Source of the DNA: Octopus vulgaris
Taxonomy: Eukaryota
Reading direction: 5' to 3'
Length of the DNA stretch: 64,000 nucleotides
NCBI GenBank assembly: GCA_951406725.2
Contig: OX597815.1
Location: forward strand, 57,722,001 to 57,786,000
Below, one piece after another: positions 1-11,170 of the stretch. The stretch's first letter is position 1. Each line of letters starts with the position of its first letter. The position numbers and the translations under genes were made by a program. Under the pieces are notes generated by a model, which worked only from the letters and a program-made list of their open reading frames with translations, did not search any database and was not told the origin of the DNA.

Positions 1-1
1 G

Positions 2-1441
2 TGGGTGGACAATTGGTTTGATATTGGGGTCGACTGTTATATGATATCGACATTTCACAAAGCACCCGACTGTGTCATCAAAGCATTCAGGGTACATGCT
101 TATCAGTTCCTCTTTGTTTGTGATTTGTGGTCGATCTTTGATAGGCATATCACTGTCAATCCTGCTTGGAGCTGCTTTCACTTCAGCATTGATTGATACA
201 ATCTTTAGCTTTTTGCAGGTATTGAGTCCAAGAATAGCTGGCCCTTCTGTTCTTGTGACATAAAAAGAACACTTGATCAATTTTCCTTTGTGTGTCCCTG
301 CGATAGTTGTTTTACCCAGTTGTGGAATCCTGGTTCCTCCATACGCAGTGAGGATTACATCACTTGGTGTGAGGATTCCTTGTTTGACTTTATCCTCTTT
401 TGTTATGTGTTCTGGGAACATCTTTTTGTAGAGGTTGACAGGTAAGATATTACTCTGGGCCCCAGTGTCTATCTTCAGCCTTAAGTCTATGTTTGTTCTT
501 TTCCTTCCGGCCTTCTTTTCGATTCTTATTGTCGTGTATGCCTCATCTTCTTTCTTCCGGTCGTCCTTTCTCATCTCATGCACATTTATTATGCCGATTG
601 CCAAGCATTCCTCCTCTGAGGTGCTTTGTCCCTGTTGTTGTTCATGTATATCCCTTCTATTTCTGCTCCTCTTTGAAAATTGGGGCTTGTATCTCTGGGA
701 TTTTGTTACCCTACACATTTTTTTCCAGTAGTTCAGTTTTCCACATCCTTTGCAGTGTGTACCGAATGCAGGACATTTTTTCCGGTTATTAAATTCATGC
801 TCTGTACCACAGTACTGGCATGTTCTTTGTTTGTGGGTTTGCGTCCTGTGCCTTGATACAGTATCTACACTGCTACCTAGTGGGCTTGTTTGCAAGTTAA
901 GTGAGGCCATCTGTTTGGTAGTGGCTTCAAATGCTCTTGCAGTGTCTACTGCTTCTACCAACTGGAGAGCGTCCTTACCTATTAGCGATTTTTGCACTTC
1001 TTTGTGGGCACACCCCCATATTAATTGGTCTACAATTCTCTCCTCCCTGTCTTTGAATTTGCATTTCTCTGCAACATTTTTCAGTCTTGACAGGAAATTG
1101 TCTATTGTTTCTTGTGGGGCTTGCTTCAGGCCCTGGAATTCATATCTCTGAATTCTGTGGTTTGACCTGGGCTCTAGGTGCCTCTCAAATTTCTCAAGAA
1201 GTGTATCTGGGTTATTGCAGTCGAACTCTAATATATCCCAGCTATTGTATAGGTCTATTCCTTTATTGCCTGACCATAAAAGGATATAACTTACCTTTTC
1301 ATCGTCAGTTGTGCCTTTCAGGAAACTTTTGAAAGCTAGTTGAGCTTTTTGTTTGAATTTTTTAAATTCTTCAATGACATCACTGGAATCCCAATTCATA
1401 ATTGGATGTAGATTCATCTGTACGGCGACGGGGGTCGCCAT
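2..1441 (-). CDS. Gag-protease(-pol) polyprotein of the Gypsy element, partial (open at window edge)
   Basis: Manual translation from ATG at 1441 gives 480 codons with no stop: MATPVAVQMNLHPIMNWDSS...CQYCGTEHEFNNRKKC...CKGCGKLNYWKKMC...LKIDTGAQSNILPV...AILGLNTC...YHITVDPNIKPIVHP. Confidence 0.88.
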   Translation of the reverse strand, partial: MATPVAVQMNLHPIMNWDSSDVIEEFKKFKQKAQLAFKSFLKGTTDDEKVSYILLWSGNKGIDLYNSWDILEFDCNNPDTLLEKFERHLEPRSNHRIQRYEFQGLKQAPQETIDNFLSRLKNVAEKCKFKDREERIVDQLIWGCAHKEVQKSLIGKDALQLVEAVDTARAFEATTKQMASLNLQTSPLGSSVDTVSRHRTQTHKQRTCQYCGTEHEFNNRKKCPAFGTHCKGCGKLNYWKKMCRVTKSQRYKPQFSKRSRNRRDIHEQQQGQSTSEEECLAIGIINVHEMRKDDRKKEDEAYTTIRIEKKAGRKRTNIDLRLKIDTGAQSNILPVNLYKKMFPEHITKEDKVKQGILTPSDVILTAYGGTRIPQLGKTTIAGTHKGKLIKCSFYVTRTEGPAILGLNTCKKLKIVSINAEVKAAPSRIDSDMPIKDRPQITNKEELISMYPECFDDTVGCFVKCRYHITVDPNIKPIVHP

Positions 1442-1551
1442 CTTGGATTCTTTGTTTATGTTGTCCGAAGCGTAGCGATGTTTTGTTTGCTAATTCCACG
1501 TTCGTTGTGTTCCTGTTTTGTTTTAAAAGCACAATTCCGGATTAACTGTTT

Positions 1552-1564
1552 ACCGCTGCCACCA
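1552..1564 (-). other. Primer-binding site complementary to the tRNA-Leu 3' end
   Basis: Plus strand ACCGCTGCCACCA abuts the LTR end and matches the recalled 3' end (...ACCGCTGCCA-CCA) of metazoan tRNA-Leu(AAG/TAG). Confidence 0.75.
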
Positions 1565-1780
1565 TGTTGTGCGTGTAGTTTGTTGTATTGGGAAAGACAA
1601 CCAGTTGAAAACCATTGTTATTATTTAACGTGTTTATTGACGTTGCTTGATTACACGGACAACGTTAGCGTAGTGATACATTGTTTACTTAACACACAGT
1701 TTGTATTGTTCACTAACAAATAGTGCCAAGAGTAGGGAGTAGTTTGGCAAACGCAAACACACAGATATGAATGTGTAACA
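1565..1780 (-). repeat. 5' LTR of the left Gypsy element
   Basis: TGTT...AACA inverted termini, adjacent to the PBS; partner LTR lies outside the window. Confidence 0.75.
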
Positions 1781-2742
1781 GTATGAATGATGAGGCTTTG
1801 ATTATCAAAAAGATTTGGGATTTTAAAAATCTAACTAACCTGTCTGTCAATGTCTTCTGTCTTTCTTTCTCTCCATAATAGAGCACATTAAATTTAGTGT
1901 CTAGTCCATACAGTAATAATATAGTACTGGTTTGTTCAGTAGTTCAAGACCCATTTTCCATGCTAACATTGGTTAGACGAGATAGTTACTTAAGGCAAGA
2001 TCTTACGACCAGATGGTCTTCTTGTTGCCAACCATTACCTGTTTTTTGAGCGAAAGATCATTTTATTGTAGAGATCTTCAAAATTGCAGAATGACCAATC
2101 ATAATGTCAACAAAAAATACAAACATCATCACTGTTTCACTGAAGCGATTGATGACAAGAGAAAAATATCAGTGTTTATGCACATTTGTGCATGCACACA
2201 ATAATGTGCATACAAATATACACAGTGGGCTTCCTGCAGTTTATGTCTACTTAATTCAGTTGATCAGGCTAGGACTAGAGCAGAACACATTTAACTAAAG
2301 TACTGTGGAATGAGACCAAACTTTACATGTTTGTCAAACAAATGCCTGTCTAGTTTTATTATCTATTGAGAAAGAGTACTTAAACAATTAATATGGAGGA
2401 ATATTAAATTCAATCTTCTTATAACATTGTATTGTACCTTTGGTAAAAATTTACTTTCCTTGTTTCAGTCTTCTTATGTGAAAAACACATTTTCATAGCA
2501 ATAGTTGCTAACAAATCTGATATCACTAGAAATGTTGGACCTTTAGAATACAAACTGTCTCCTTGATAGAAGCGATAAGATATTTATATAAATTCCCTAA
2601 CACTCAAATTTCTCCTGAATCTTATTGATTGTTAATAAAATTTTTCTTTTAAATACATATCTATTGTACTTAATTTTTATTTTTTGTCAAGTTTTATAAC
2701 TTCTTATATATTTGAATCTTTTAATTTGATCTTTTTATGTAG

Positions 2743-2825
2743 ATTTGTTCCAGAAGAAAAAATGTTAGAAGTTGAAATTGAACCTGGTATGCGTGATGGT
2801 CAAGAACATCCTTTTATCGCTGAAG
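2743..2825 (+). CDS. DNAJB11: DnaJ homolog subfamily B member 11 (ERdj3), internal coding exon, 83 nt
   Basis: Acceptor ttatgtag|A and donor G|gtgcaa; encodes [27 protein letters not shown](G), matching the ERdj3 substrate-binding domain ([21 protein letters not shown]). Confidence 0.93.
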
Positions 2826-2828
2826 GTG

Positions 2829-2868
2829 CAATAATAATAATAATGTGTGTTGTTGTTGTTGTTGTTGT

Positions 2869-2900
<32 letters not shown>

Positions 2901-2959
2901 CTGCTGCTGTTGTTGTTGTTGTTGTTGCTCCTCCTCCTCCTCCTCATCATCATCATCAT
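2829..2959. repeat. Compound trinucleotide microsatellite (ATA)n-(GTT)n-(GCT)n-(GTT)n-(CCT)n-(CAT)n
   Basis: Read directly; the (CAT)n end doubles as the 3' tail of the adjacent minus-strand RTE. Confidence 0.95.
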
Positions 2960-5860
2960 TTAACATCCATTGTCCATACTGGCATGGGTTAGGCAGTTTA
3001 ACCAGGGCTGGTAAGCTGATGGGCTGCACCAGACTCCAGTCTGATTTGGCATGGTTTCTATGGCTGGATACCCTTCCTAATGCCAACCACTCCAAGAATG
3101 TAATGGGTGCTTTTACATGCCATCAACATGGGTGCCAATTGCATGACACGTATCTACCATGATTATGATTTCATTTGGCTTGGTGAGTCTTCTACTCAAG
3201 CACAGCATATTGTCAAAGGTCTTGGTCATTTGTCATTGCCTCTGTGAAGCCCAACATTCAAGAGGTGCTTTTTATGTGCCACCAGCATAGGTACCAGTTA
3301 TGTGACACCGGCATCAGCCATGACTACAATTTCACTTGACTTGAAGGGTCTTCTCAAGCACTGCTTACCACCAAAGGTCTTGGTCACTAGTTATTGCCTC
3401 TGTGAGGCCCAACATTCGAAGATCATGCTTCACCATCTCATCCCATGTCTTTCTGGGTCTACCTCTTCCACCAGTTCCCTCCATGGTTAGAGATTGGTAC
3501 TTTTTTACACAACTGTCCTCATCCATATGCATCACATGACCATATCAGCACAGTTGTCTCTTTTGCACACCACACCTGATGCCTCGTATGCCCAACTTTT
3601 CTCTCAAGATGCTCACACTCTGTTGTACATGCATTCTGACATTGCATATACAGTGAAGCATGCTAGCTTCATTCCTTAAAAGCCTACTCATGTCCTTGGT
3701 GGTCACAGCCCATGTTTCACTGTCATGTAGCATAGCTTTTCGCACACATGAATCATACAGTCTGCCTTTCACTTTGAGTAGGAGGCCCATTGTTGCCAAC
3801 AGAGGTAGGAGCTCTCTGAACTTTACCCAGGCTATTCTTATTCTCACAGCTACACTCTTGGAGCATGCTACTGACTTGGTTACCTAGATAATGGAAGCTA
3901 TCAACTACCTCTAGCTTACCCCACTGATATTGTCTCTGTTTGCTTTCCTTCTTTCTTTCTATTTTCCCTTGGCATCTGTTTCCAGGTTATCCTTATGGTG
4001 GCACCTTTAATATTAAATTAAAGATGGAGTCTGTTTTCTTAACATTTTTGGTATTTATTGTACCTGTGCACTTTCCAGACAAAAATTATTTTCCCAGTTA
4101 ACCTTACTCTCATATTGCTGCACCTCTTATGTGTCCATGGCTTTCGCTTCTCATCTAGACTAATTCTCCTTAATTAGTTGGGGTATGATCCTCTCAGTAA
4201 CTTTCATCACCTGATCCAACAATTTGATACCTCTGTAATTATTTCTATCTAAGGCATTACCTTTACCTTTGTGGCTGTTGACTATCGTGCTACTACACCA
4301 GTTATTGGATATGACTCCTCCATGGACCACCTGCTTAACTATATGGGTGACTAGACCATAACCCACACCACCAGATAAAAGCATCTCAGCAGTTATTCCT
4401 GATGGGCTAGGGGCTTTCTTCATCTTCATATCATTTATGGCTTTGTCAACAATGCTACTGTCTATTCGGATTGCTGGTCCCTCTGTTGGACCAACTTTAG
4501 GCAGACTCTCCTTCTCCCATGAGTTTTCTATGTAGTGGCACTTCCAAGCAAAGTTTGCAAAGTTACTAACTGCAAGTGAACCATCATCCATCCAAACACA
4601 CTTCTCTACCACATTACAATTTTCTCTGGCACACTGTCTTGCAAACCGAAATACTTGAAGCCACTAGTTCTCATGCTGCATAACATTGGCAAACTTCTTC
4701 CTTTCTGCTTCACCCCTGCCTAAGTACATCTGCTTCCTAGCTTCCCTTCTAGCTGCCTGATATAGCTCCTTGCTACCACCACCCTTCCAGTCCTTCCAAG
4801 CCTGTTTCTTTGCTTTCCTAGCCCTGTCAACTACATTGTTCCACCACCATGTCACCCTAGGTCTGGTTGGGTCTTTGCACCACCCACAAATTTGATCTGT
4901 GGCTCTCAGTAAGTTGTCTTGTAGAAACTTCCAGTTATCCTCTGTATTGTAGCTCTGTAACTCCTCCCCCTTCTCATCTACCTATTGAAAGGATCCTTAA
5001 GGTTTCAGATCTTTCTTTTCCAAACTGGCTTACTTCTTGGAATCCTTCATGCCTGCAGTTTGAAGTCATGAACAAATATCATATGCTGAGGGGTACACTC
5101 TTCTCCAGGGAAGGACTTTGCATTTATGAGCAGCCATGAATCCTGCTTTCTGATGAGAATGTAATCGCTCTGGCTAGTATGGTCACCGTATTTATAAGTT
5201 ATCAAGTGACTGGCTGGTTTACTGAAGCTGGTATTGCAAACCATTAGGTCATTTGCATCACAGAACTCCAGCAGCTTTGGTTCCCTTCTCATTTCCAGAG
5301 CCAATTCCATGGCCACCATGCACCCACTGGAAGACACTTGGGTGCTACCCAACATGTCCATTGAAATCACCAGCCATGAAGATAAGGTCACTGTCGCTTG
5401 TCTTTGATGTAGCCTATAGAAGTGTGTCATAAAAGCAGTCCTTTTGTTCATTTGGTGGGCCTGCTTGTGGAGCATAGGCAGAGATGATTGTTGCTGTGCT
5501 ATTCTGCAAAACTTGTCTGAGCTTAAGTACCTTATCACATACTATGACTACCTCAATCACCTTACTTACCCATTTCTCTTACCCATTTCTCTACTAGAAG
5601 TATATCAAATGCCTCCTCCCTATTACAGTTGCCCTCCCAGAAGAGTTTATACCTATGTCTTTTGCCTGTGAGGAACCTGGTTGAAGCTCCTCTCCACCGA
5701 ACTTCTTGGTTGTAATGAGCATTGACCAACAGACATATAGCAGTTGTCCTTGCATTATTCCACACATCAATACATCTCCTTTCAAGCATCTCAGCAATCT
5801 TACCAGACCCACTTTTCAATGTGCCTACATTGACTGTGCCAACTCTGAGGGTATGTAAAG
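2945..5860 (-). mobile_element. RTE-clade LINE, degenerate, with the RT core deleted
   Basis: APE endonuclease fragments (VGTVNVGTL, QEVRWRG, LLEFCDANDL), NYRGIKLL, and C-terminal RIAWVKFRELLPLL; the sequence jumps from ...QLIKE to WTHKRC at about 4150, so the YADD region is missing; (ATG)n tail. Confidence 0.88.
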
Positions 5861-6609
5861 GGAGGCACAAGGTAACATGTAGAGGGGAAACTGTGGCTTT
5901 CAACATCTGAAAAGAAGGCTGTAATGAGCATTGGCCAACAAACATCTCATAGCAGTTGTCCTCACATTCCACCATCAATTATGCTACCCTTGCCATCTCC
6001 TCTGGACATAAGTCTTATACAAGCATTAGTATAAGCAATGTTAGTACAGGTATAAGTGAAGACATATATAGTCTAATTAGTTAATTATTGTTACCTCTAT
6101 TTGTGGTGGTTGCCATATATACTAGTTTTAGTACAGAACAATGTTAGTACAAATACAGGTAAGTTAGGTAAATGGATAGGATAGGGGTAAATATTTCATT
6201 ACATGTAAGCAATAAGTGCTACATAGTCACGCTTGTATTGCTGCAATATGGATGGGGTTGAGTGGGTAAAGAAGTGTGTTTGTATTGCAGCAATATGGAT
6301 GCAACTAACAGTGGGGCAGGGGTTGAGAGGTTGCCGTGAGATATTCGTGATACAAGAGAGAAGTATCCAGTATGAGAGAGGTTTTCCAGTATTGGTGGTG
6401 GATGAGGATGGGCACAAAGCTGATAAGGAAACATAGGCGAGAGAAGGGACAAGCAATAAATTACAATTGAATTAAACTGACTTAAGGTTAAAGTTAGATT
6501 AAATTAAATTAAGCTGAGACAGATTAGTTAGTATCATCAGGGTAGGATAGAATGCTGTGTGGAATTAAGCGAGGAAGCAAGAAGCAAACTTATTTGCACA
6601 TATTATTAA

Positions 6610-7481
6610 GGCAATGAACTGGCAGAACTGATAGCACACTAAGCAAAATGCTTAGTGGCATTTCGTCTGTCTTTATGTTCTGGGTTCAAAATCCCACCGA
6701 GGTCAACTTTGCTTTTCATCCTTTTGGGGGTCAATAAAATTAGTACCAGTCATGCACTGGAGTTGCTGTAATCTACTTAATCCCTTCCCCCAAATTTGAG
6801 GCCTTGTCCTTCCAGTAAAAAGGATTATTATTATTAAGGCAATGAGCTGGTACAACTGTTAGCACGCTTAATGGCATTTTGTCTGTCTTTACATTCTGAG
6901 TTCAAAATTCCAAGGTCAACTTTGCCTTTCATTCTCTTGAGATCAATAAATTAAGTACCAGTTAAGTACTGGGGTCAATGTAATCAACTATCTCCTCCCC
7001 CAAATTTGAGGCCTTGTGCCTATAGTAGAAAGAATTATTATTATGGCTACAAGCTAGTAGAATTGTTAATATGCTGGGCAAACTGTGTTCTGAGTTCAAA
7101 TTCCGCCAAGGTTGATTTTGCCTTTCATCCATTTGGAGTTGATAAATTAAGTACCAACGTTTCCCTGGGGTTGACATGATTGACTAGTCCCCTCCCCCAA
7201 AATTTCAAGTCTTGTGCCTTCAGTAGAAAGGATTATTATTATTATTATCATTAATGCAGAGAACTGGCAGAATCGTTAGCATGCTGGGCAAAATGCTTAG
7301 CAGCATTTCATCTGTCCTTATGTTCTGTGTTCAAATTCCGCCAAGATCAACTTTGCCTTTCGTCCTTTCGGGGTCAATAAATTAAGTACCTGTGAAACAC
7401 TGAAGTCAATGTAATCGACTCTTCCCTTTCTCCCAAATTTCTGGCCTTGTGCCTATATTAGAAAGGATTATTATTATTATT
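6610..7481 (+). mobile_element. Four head-to-tail copies of a ~220-bp tRNA-derived SINE, each ending in (TTA)n
   Basis: Each unit (about 6610, 6838, 7044, 7255) has an A-box-like TGGCAGAATCG, a B-box-like GAGTTCAAATTC, a core AAATTAAGTACCAG...CTGGGGTC and the tail AGAAAGGATTATTATT. Confidence 0.85.
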
Positions 7482-8199
7482 GTTCTATGTTTGACTTTCG
7501 CTTTACATTTGCACAAGCTGGCTCCAAGTCTCACCCAGAGACCTCAAGAGACAACAAGTTGGAAATTCATGTTGGTGTTATGCCTAGGGTGCCATATATT
7601 TGGTTTTGTACTTAGTGTTGTACTAGTGAATGTCTAAAGAACCATACGAAAATTGTTTGTTTTAAAACTTGAGATTACATAGAAAGTATTTTGTGTAGGA
7701 TATGAGCAGTTCCCATGAGCACTATCTTTTGAATTTCTGCCATTTTGGGGTTTCCTGGTATCTGAGTTAGGTAGCAATCAGCCCCTTTTGCTATCATTCC
7801 CAGGGCACCTATGACAACAGATATTGTTTTAGTCTTCAGGTTCCACATTTTGCTGATTTCTATTTTAAGATCTTTATATTTGCTCAGTTTCTGGTAGGTC
7901 TTGACAGATACGTTTATATCGATTGGGACAGTCATATCAATGAGGAGGCATGTTTTTTGTCTGAAGTCTTTCAATATGATGCTTGGCCTATTTGCATCTA
8001 TCTTTCTGTCAGTTTGAATGGTGAAGTTCCAGAGGAGTGAGATGTGGTCATTTTCAAGCCCTGGAGGTGGGTTGTGTTCCCACCAGTTTTTATCATGGGG
8101 CAAGTCCAGGCTTTTGCAAATTACCGTGCTGCTCTATCATGTCTGTTGAGATACTCTGTAGGTGCAAGAAGACTGCACTTGGAGACAGCACTGCACTGC
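7482..8199 (-). mobile_element. 5'-truncated R4/Dong-like non-LTR retrotransposon (restriction-like endonuclease end plus 3' UTR)
   Basis: KCSLLAPTEYLNRHD, then WNFTIQTDRKIDANRPSIILKD...LIDMTVP...KLSKYKDL...VVIGALG, the REL domain signature; flanked on both sides by (TTA)n. Confidence 0.85.
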
Positions 8200-8224
8200 T
8201 ATTATTATTATTATTATTATTATT

Positions 8225-8535
8225 GAGTGAGAAAGCAGTGCATACTATCAAAGTGACACTGAGGTAAAATATACAAAGCCCAGTATACCCGTCTGATAAG
8301 GGTACACCAGGCACATGCATCACAACCATATGTGCACGACATGGTGATCTCATATCAAGATAAACAGTGCATGACCTTGCAGGTGGGGCCCAGCTAGATT
8401 TTTCTTCAGATCGAGTAGCCCATCCCACTCAAAAGTTCCTTGAATAAGGATCATTTAAAGATGTTGACTGAAACACCCATGTTTCCAGAAACCTGAAAGA
8501 ATTCCTCTCAACACATAGCTATGATACTTGTTGTT
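8225..8535. repeat. Interspersed repeat fragment between (TTA)n runs, family unassigned
   Basis: Higher-GC block of about 310 bp bounded by (TTA)n on both sides; no coding signal. Confidence 0.45.
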
Positions 8536-8914
8536 TATTATTATTATTACAGTTCATCATCACCCTCAATATAATAAACAAGAGTAGGAATTTTATTGGA
8601 GTGAGATAGTTTCACCTAGTTGTTCATGGTGGCAGTGGTTGTGTTTTTTTTTCAGGCATAGGGAAGGCTTTCTCTTGGTAGCTTTATGAAATTCCATTTA
8701 GGTTTTTATATTTAATTTTTGATAATCATCACTTGCATGAAATTAAATTGGGAAGTTGATGTGTAGTTGGAAACCACATCAGTGTTTGAGCTGTCAAGAA
8801 AACCAAACCTCCTTCAAATTACATCTTACATTGTGAAAGTGCCACCTGAATTTTTTTTAAGAGAAGATTCAAGAGTCAGGTTCAACAATACTACAAATGC
8901 ATTACTTGTGCCAG

Positions 8915-9035
8915 AGTCTATGTTGAGAAGTACTTTTGTATAGAAGGAGAGTTACTCTACCAACATATGTAGTTTGAATGTCATCTAATAAAAAAGTTAT
9001 TCCCACTTCTGCATTACTTTCACTATAACCAGTAT
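8915..9035 (+). mobile_element. Mariner 3'-end fragment
   Basis: Homologous to 47149-47272 (CTATGTTGAGAAGTAC...GAGTTACTCTACCAACAT...AAAAAAGTTAT-CCCACTT). Confidence 0.7.
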
Positions 9036-9069
9036 GTATTGATTGTATATCTGTATGTATAAATGGGTG

Positions 9070-9400
9070 TGGGTGTGTGGTAAGAAGTTTGTTTCCCAAC
9101 CACACGGTTCCAGGTTCAGTCCCACTCTGTGTCTTCTGCTATAGCCTTGTGAGTGGATTTAATAGATGGAAACTGAAAGAAGCCCTTCATATGTGTGTCT
9201 GTCTGTCTGTTTCCCACCACCGCTTGACAACTGGTGTTGGTGTGTTTATGTCCTCATAACTTAGTGGTTCAGCAAAAGAGTCTGATAGAAAAGTACCAGT
9301 CTAAAAAGTAAACAAAAGTACTGGGATCAATTTGTTTGATTCAAATTCTTGAAGGCAGTGCCATAATCTAATGACTGAAACAAATGAGATAAAAGATGTA
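9070..9400 (+). mobile_element. tRNA-derived SINE (second family)
   Basis: TGTGTGGTAAGAAGTTTGTTTCCCAACCAC...GGTTCAGTCCCACT head and GAAACAAATGAGATAAAAGAT tail; homologous to 16610-16962 and, in reverse, 37100-37480. Confidence 0.75.
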
Positions 9401-9576
9401 CATGACAGATAGACAGACAGATAGATACACACACATACAAACACACTCTTGACATGTGATTTGATCTAAATTTGACAATTATTAAACTAACCTATCTATT
9501 ATGCTAAAATCAAATAATGAAGAAGGGAATTATTAATAACTAACAGAAAACTTCCCAGAGGATGGTATTTTGCTGG

Positions 9577-9770
9577 TAATAATAATAATCCTTTCTGTTA
9601 GAGGCACAAACCTTGAAATTTTAGGGGAGGGTGCTAGTCGATTACGTTGACTGCAGTACTCAACTGGTACCTATTTTATCTACCACAAAAGGCAGTCTTA
9701 ACTAGGCAGAACTTGAACCCAGAACATAAAGAACCAGAAGAAATGCCACTAAGCATTTTTTCAAGCATCA
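9577..9770 (-). mobile_element. SINE of the first family, reverse orientation
   Basis: Reverse complement of the 6610-7481 unit, with a (TAA)n tail at 9577. Confidence 0.75.
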
Positions 9771-9894
9771 ATTTGTGACGATAAATATCCAACAGAGTGT
9801 AAAGCACATGCTAACCTGTTAATATAGTGGCATGCAGAATTATAATGTGGTGCTTATACGTAGGACATTATCAAACACGACTCTTCAGATACAT

Positions 9895-10742
9895 GTGATT
9901 TTCTTCACTTTGTTTCACATGTTTACACTTTCATCACTTTCAAAGTATTCTCCACTTGAAGCAATGCATCAGTCCAGGCACATTTTCCACTATTTGAAGC
10001 AGTGCTGGAACTCTTGCAAAGTGACGCCTTTTAATGCCTCTGTTGTTTTTTCTTCACCTCTTCCACATCTTCAAATTCCGTAGCACCAGCTTTCATCATC
10101 AGTGATGACCTTTGAAAGAAAGGTTCAGATCAACTTCCAACTATTCTTTCAGTTCATGACATGCATTCAGTTGTGACTGCTTTTGATCTTCTGTGAGCAA
10201 GCAAGGAACAAATTTTGAGGCAACTCTTTTCATTTGCAATTCCTCACTCAAAATTTGTTGGCAGGAACTCCAGAACACACCAGTCATATCAGCGAGTTTG
10301 TCAATTGTTTTGTGATGGTCCTCCATGATCAGTTCATGAATTATCATTATGTTTTGATTCATTTGGGAGGTTGACAGTTGTCCTGAACAAGGTTGGTCTT
10401 CAAATGACAAGAGACCATCACTAAAGCATGGAAACCACTTGTAAACTTGTGTTTTGCTCATGGCAGTATCCTTGTAAGCTCTTTGAAGCATGACAACTGT
10501 TTCAGCCATTGTTTTCCCCAGCAGAAAATGGAATTTCACGGAAGCATGCTGTTCCTTTGTTTTAGCCATTGCAAAAATTAACAAATGGGAGAAGTACTGC
10601 AAAACAAAGATGCACCACATGGCAGTATGACTGTCAGCAGATAGATGCTGGAGGGTTGCATCAAGTGGCTTCTAGTGGTGGAAGCCTGAACTACAATGGG
10701 TTTGTCCTATAGATAACCTAGTTACTTCTGTATACCCCCTTG
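9895..10742 (-). mobile_element. Mariner transposon, internally deleted
   Basis: MAKTKEQHASVKFHFLLGKTMAET...VYKWF...KFVPCLLT HTH region and ITDDESWCYG, joined directly to the C-terminal FEDVEEV; right end TACCCCCTTG|TA. Confidence 0.85.
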
Positions 10743-10849
10743 TATATGTATGTGTGTGTGTTGAAAAAAACCAGTTTATTTCTTCATATCTAAAGGCTTC
10801 ATGCATTTGACATTAGTTGACTGTGCGCATTGATAGCCTGAAGTAATAA

Positions 10850-11170
10850 TCATCATCAGTGTTTAACATCCACCTTCCATGCATACACATGGATAAGATG
10901 GTTGACAGGAGCTGGCCAGGTAGAAGACTACGCCAGGTTACTGTATCTGTTTTGGCAGGGTTTTTACAGCTGGATGCCCTTGTTAACACCAACCACTCTG
11001 AAGAGTGGTCTCAGTGCTTTTTACATGGCACTAGCACAAATGAGATTAGTTTGGGCATGATTTTTATCGGTGGATGCCCTTCCAAATGCCAACCACTTTA
11101 TAATGTGGACTGGATGCTTTTTATGTGGCATCAGCACCCACAGGGTCACCAAGTAACTTGCAAAACAAGG
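10850..11170 (-). mobile_element. RTE 3'-end fragment
   Basis: (CAT)n-TTTAACATCC...CAGCTGGATGCCC...CCAACCACT, shared with the other RTE 3' UTRs. Confidence 0.7.

Larger units (their letters stand above)
1..1780 (-). mobile_element. Ty3/Gypsy LTR retrotransposon, 5' part (LTR, PBS, gag, protease); continues beyond the left edge; probably Mag-like
   Basis: 216-bp LTR at 1565-1780 (minus strand TGTTAC...CACAACA), immediately followed by PBS TGGTGGCAGCGGT, then a long ORF with two zinc knuckles and the protease motif LKIDTGAQSNIL. Confidence 0.9.

Noticed and set aside
435-1332. Plus-strand ORFs of 81-133 aa
   Set aside because: Antisense shadows of the minus-strand gag-protease ORF.
2765-3162. 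PolyQ, polyC and polyN/S ORFs over the triplet array
   Set aside because: Frames of a simple repeat joined to an RTE 3' UTR; only 2743-2825 is supported as coding.
6610-7481. tRNA genes suggested by A/B-box motifs
   Set aside because: No cloverleaf; these are tRNA-derived SINE heads.
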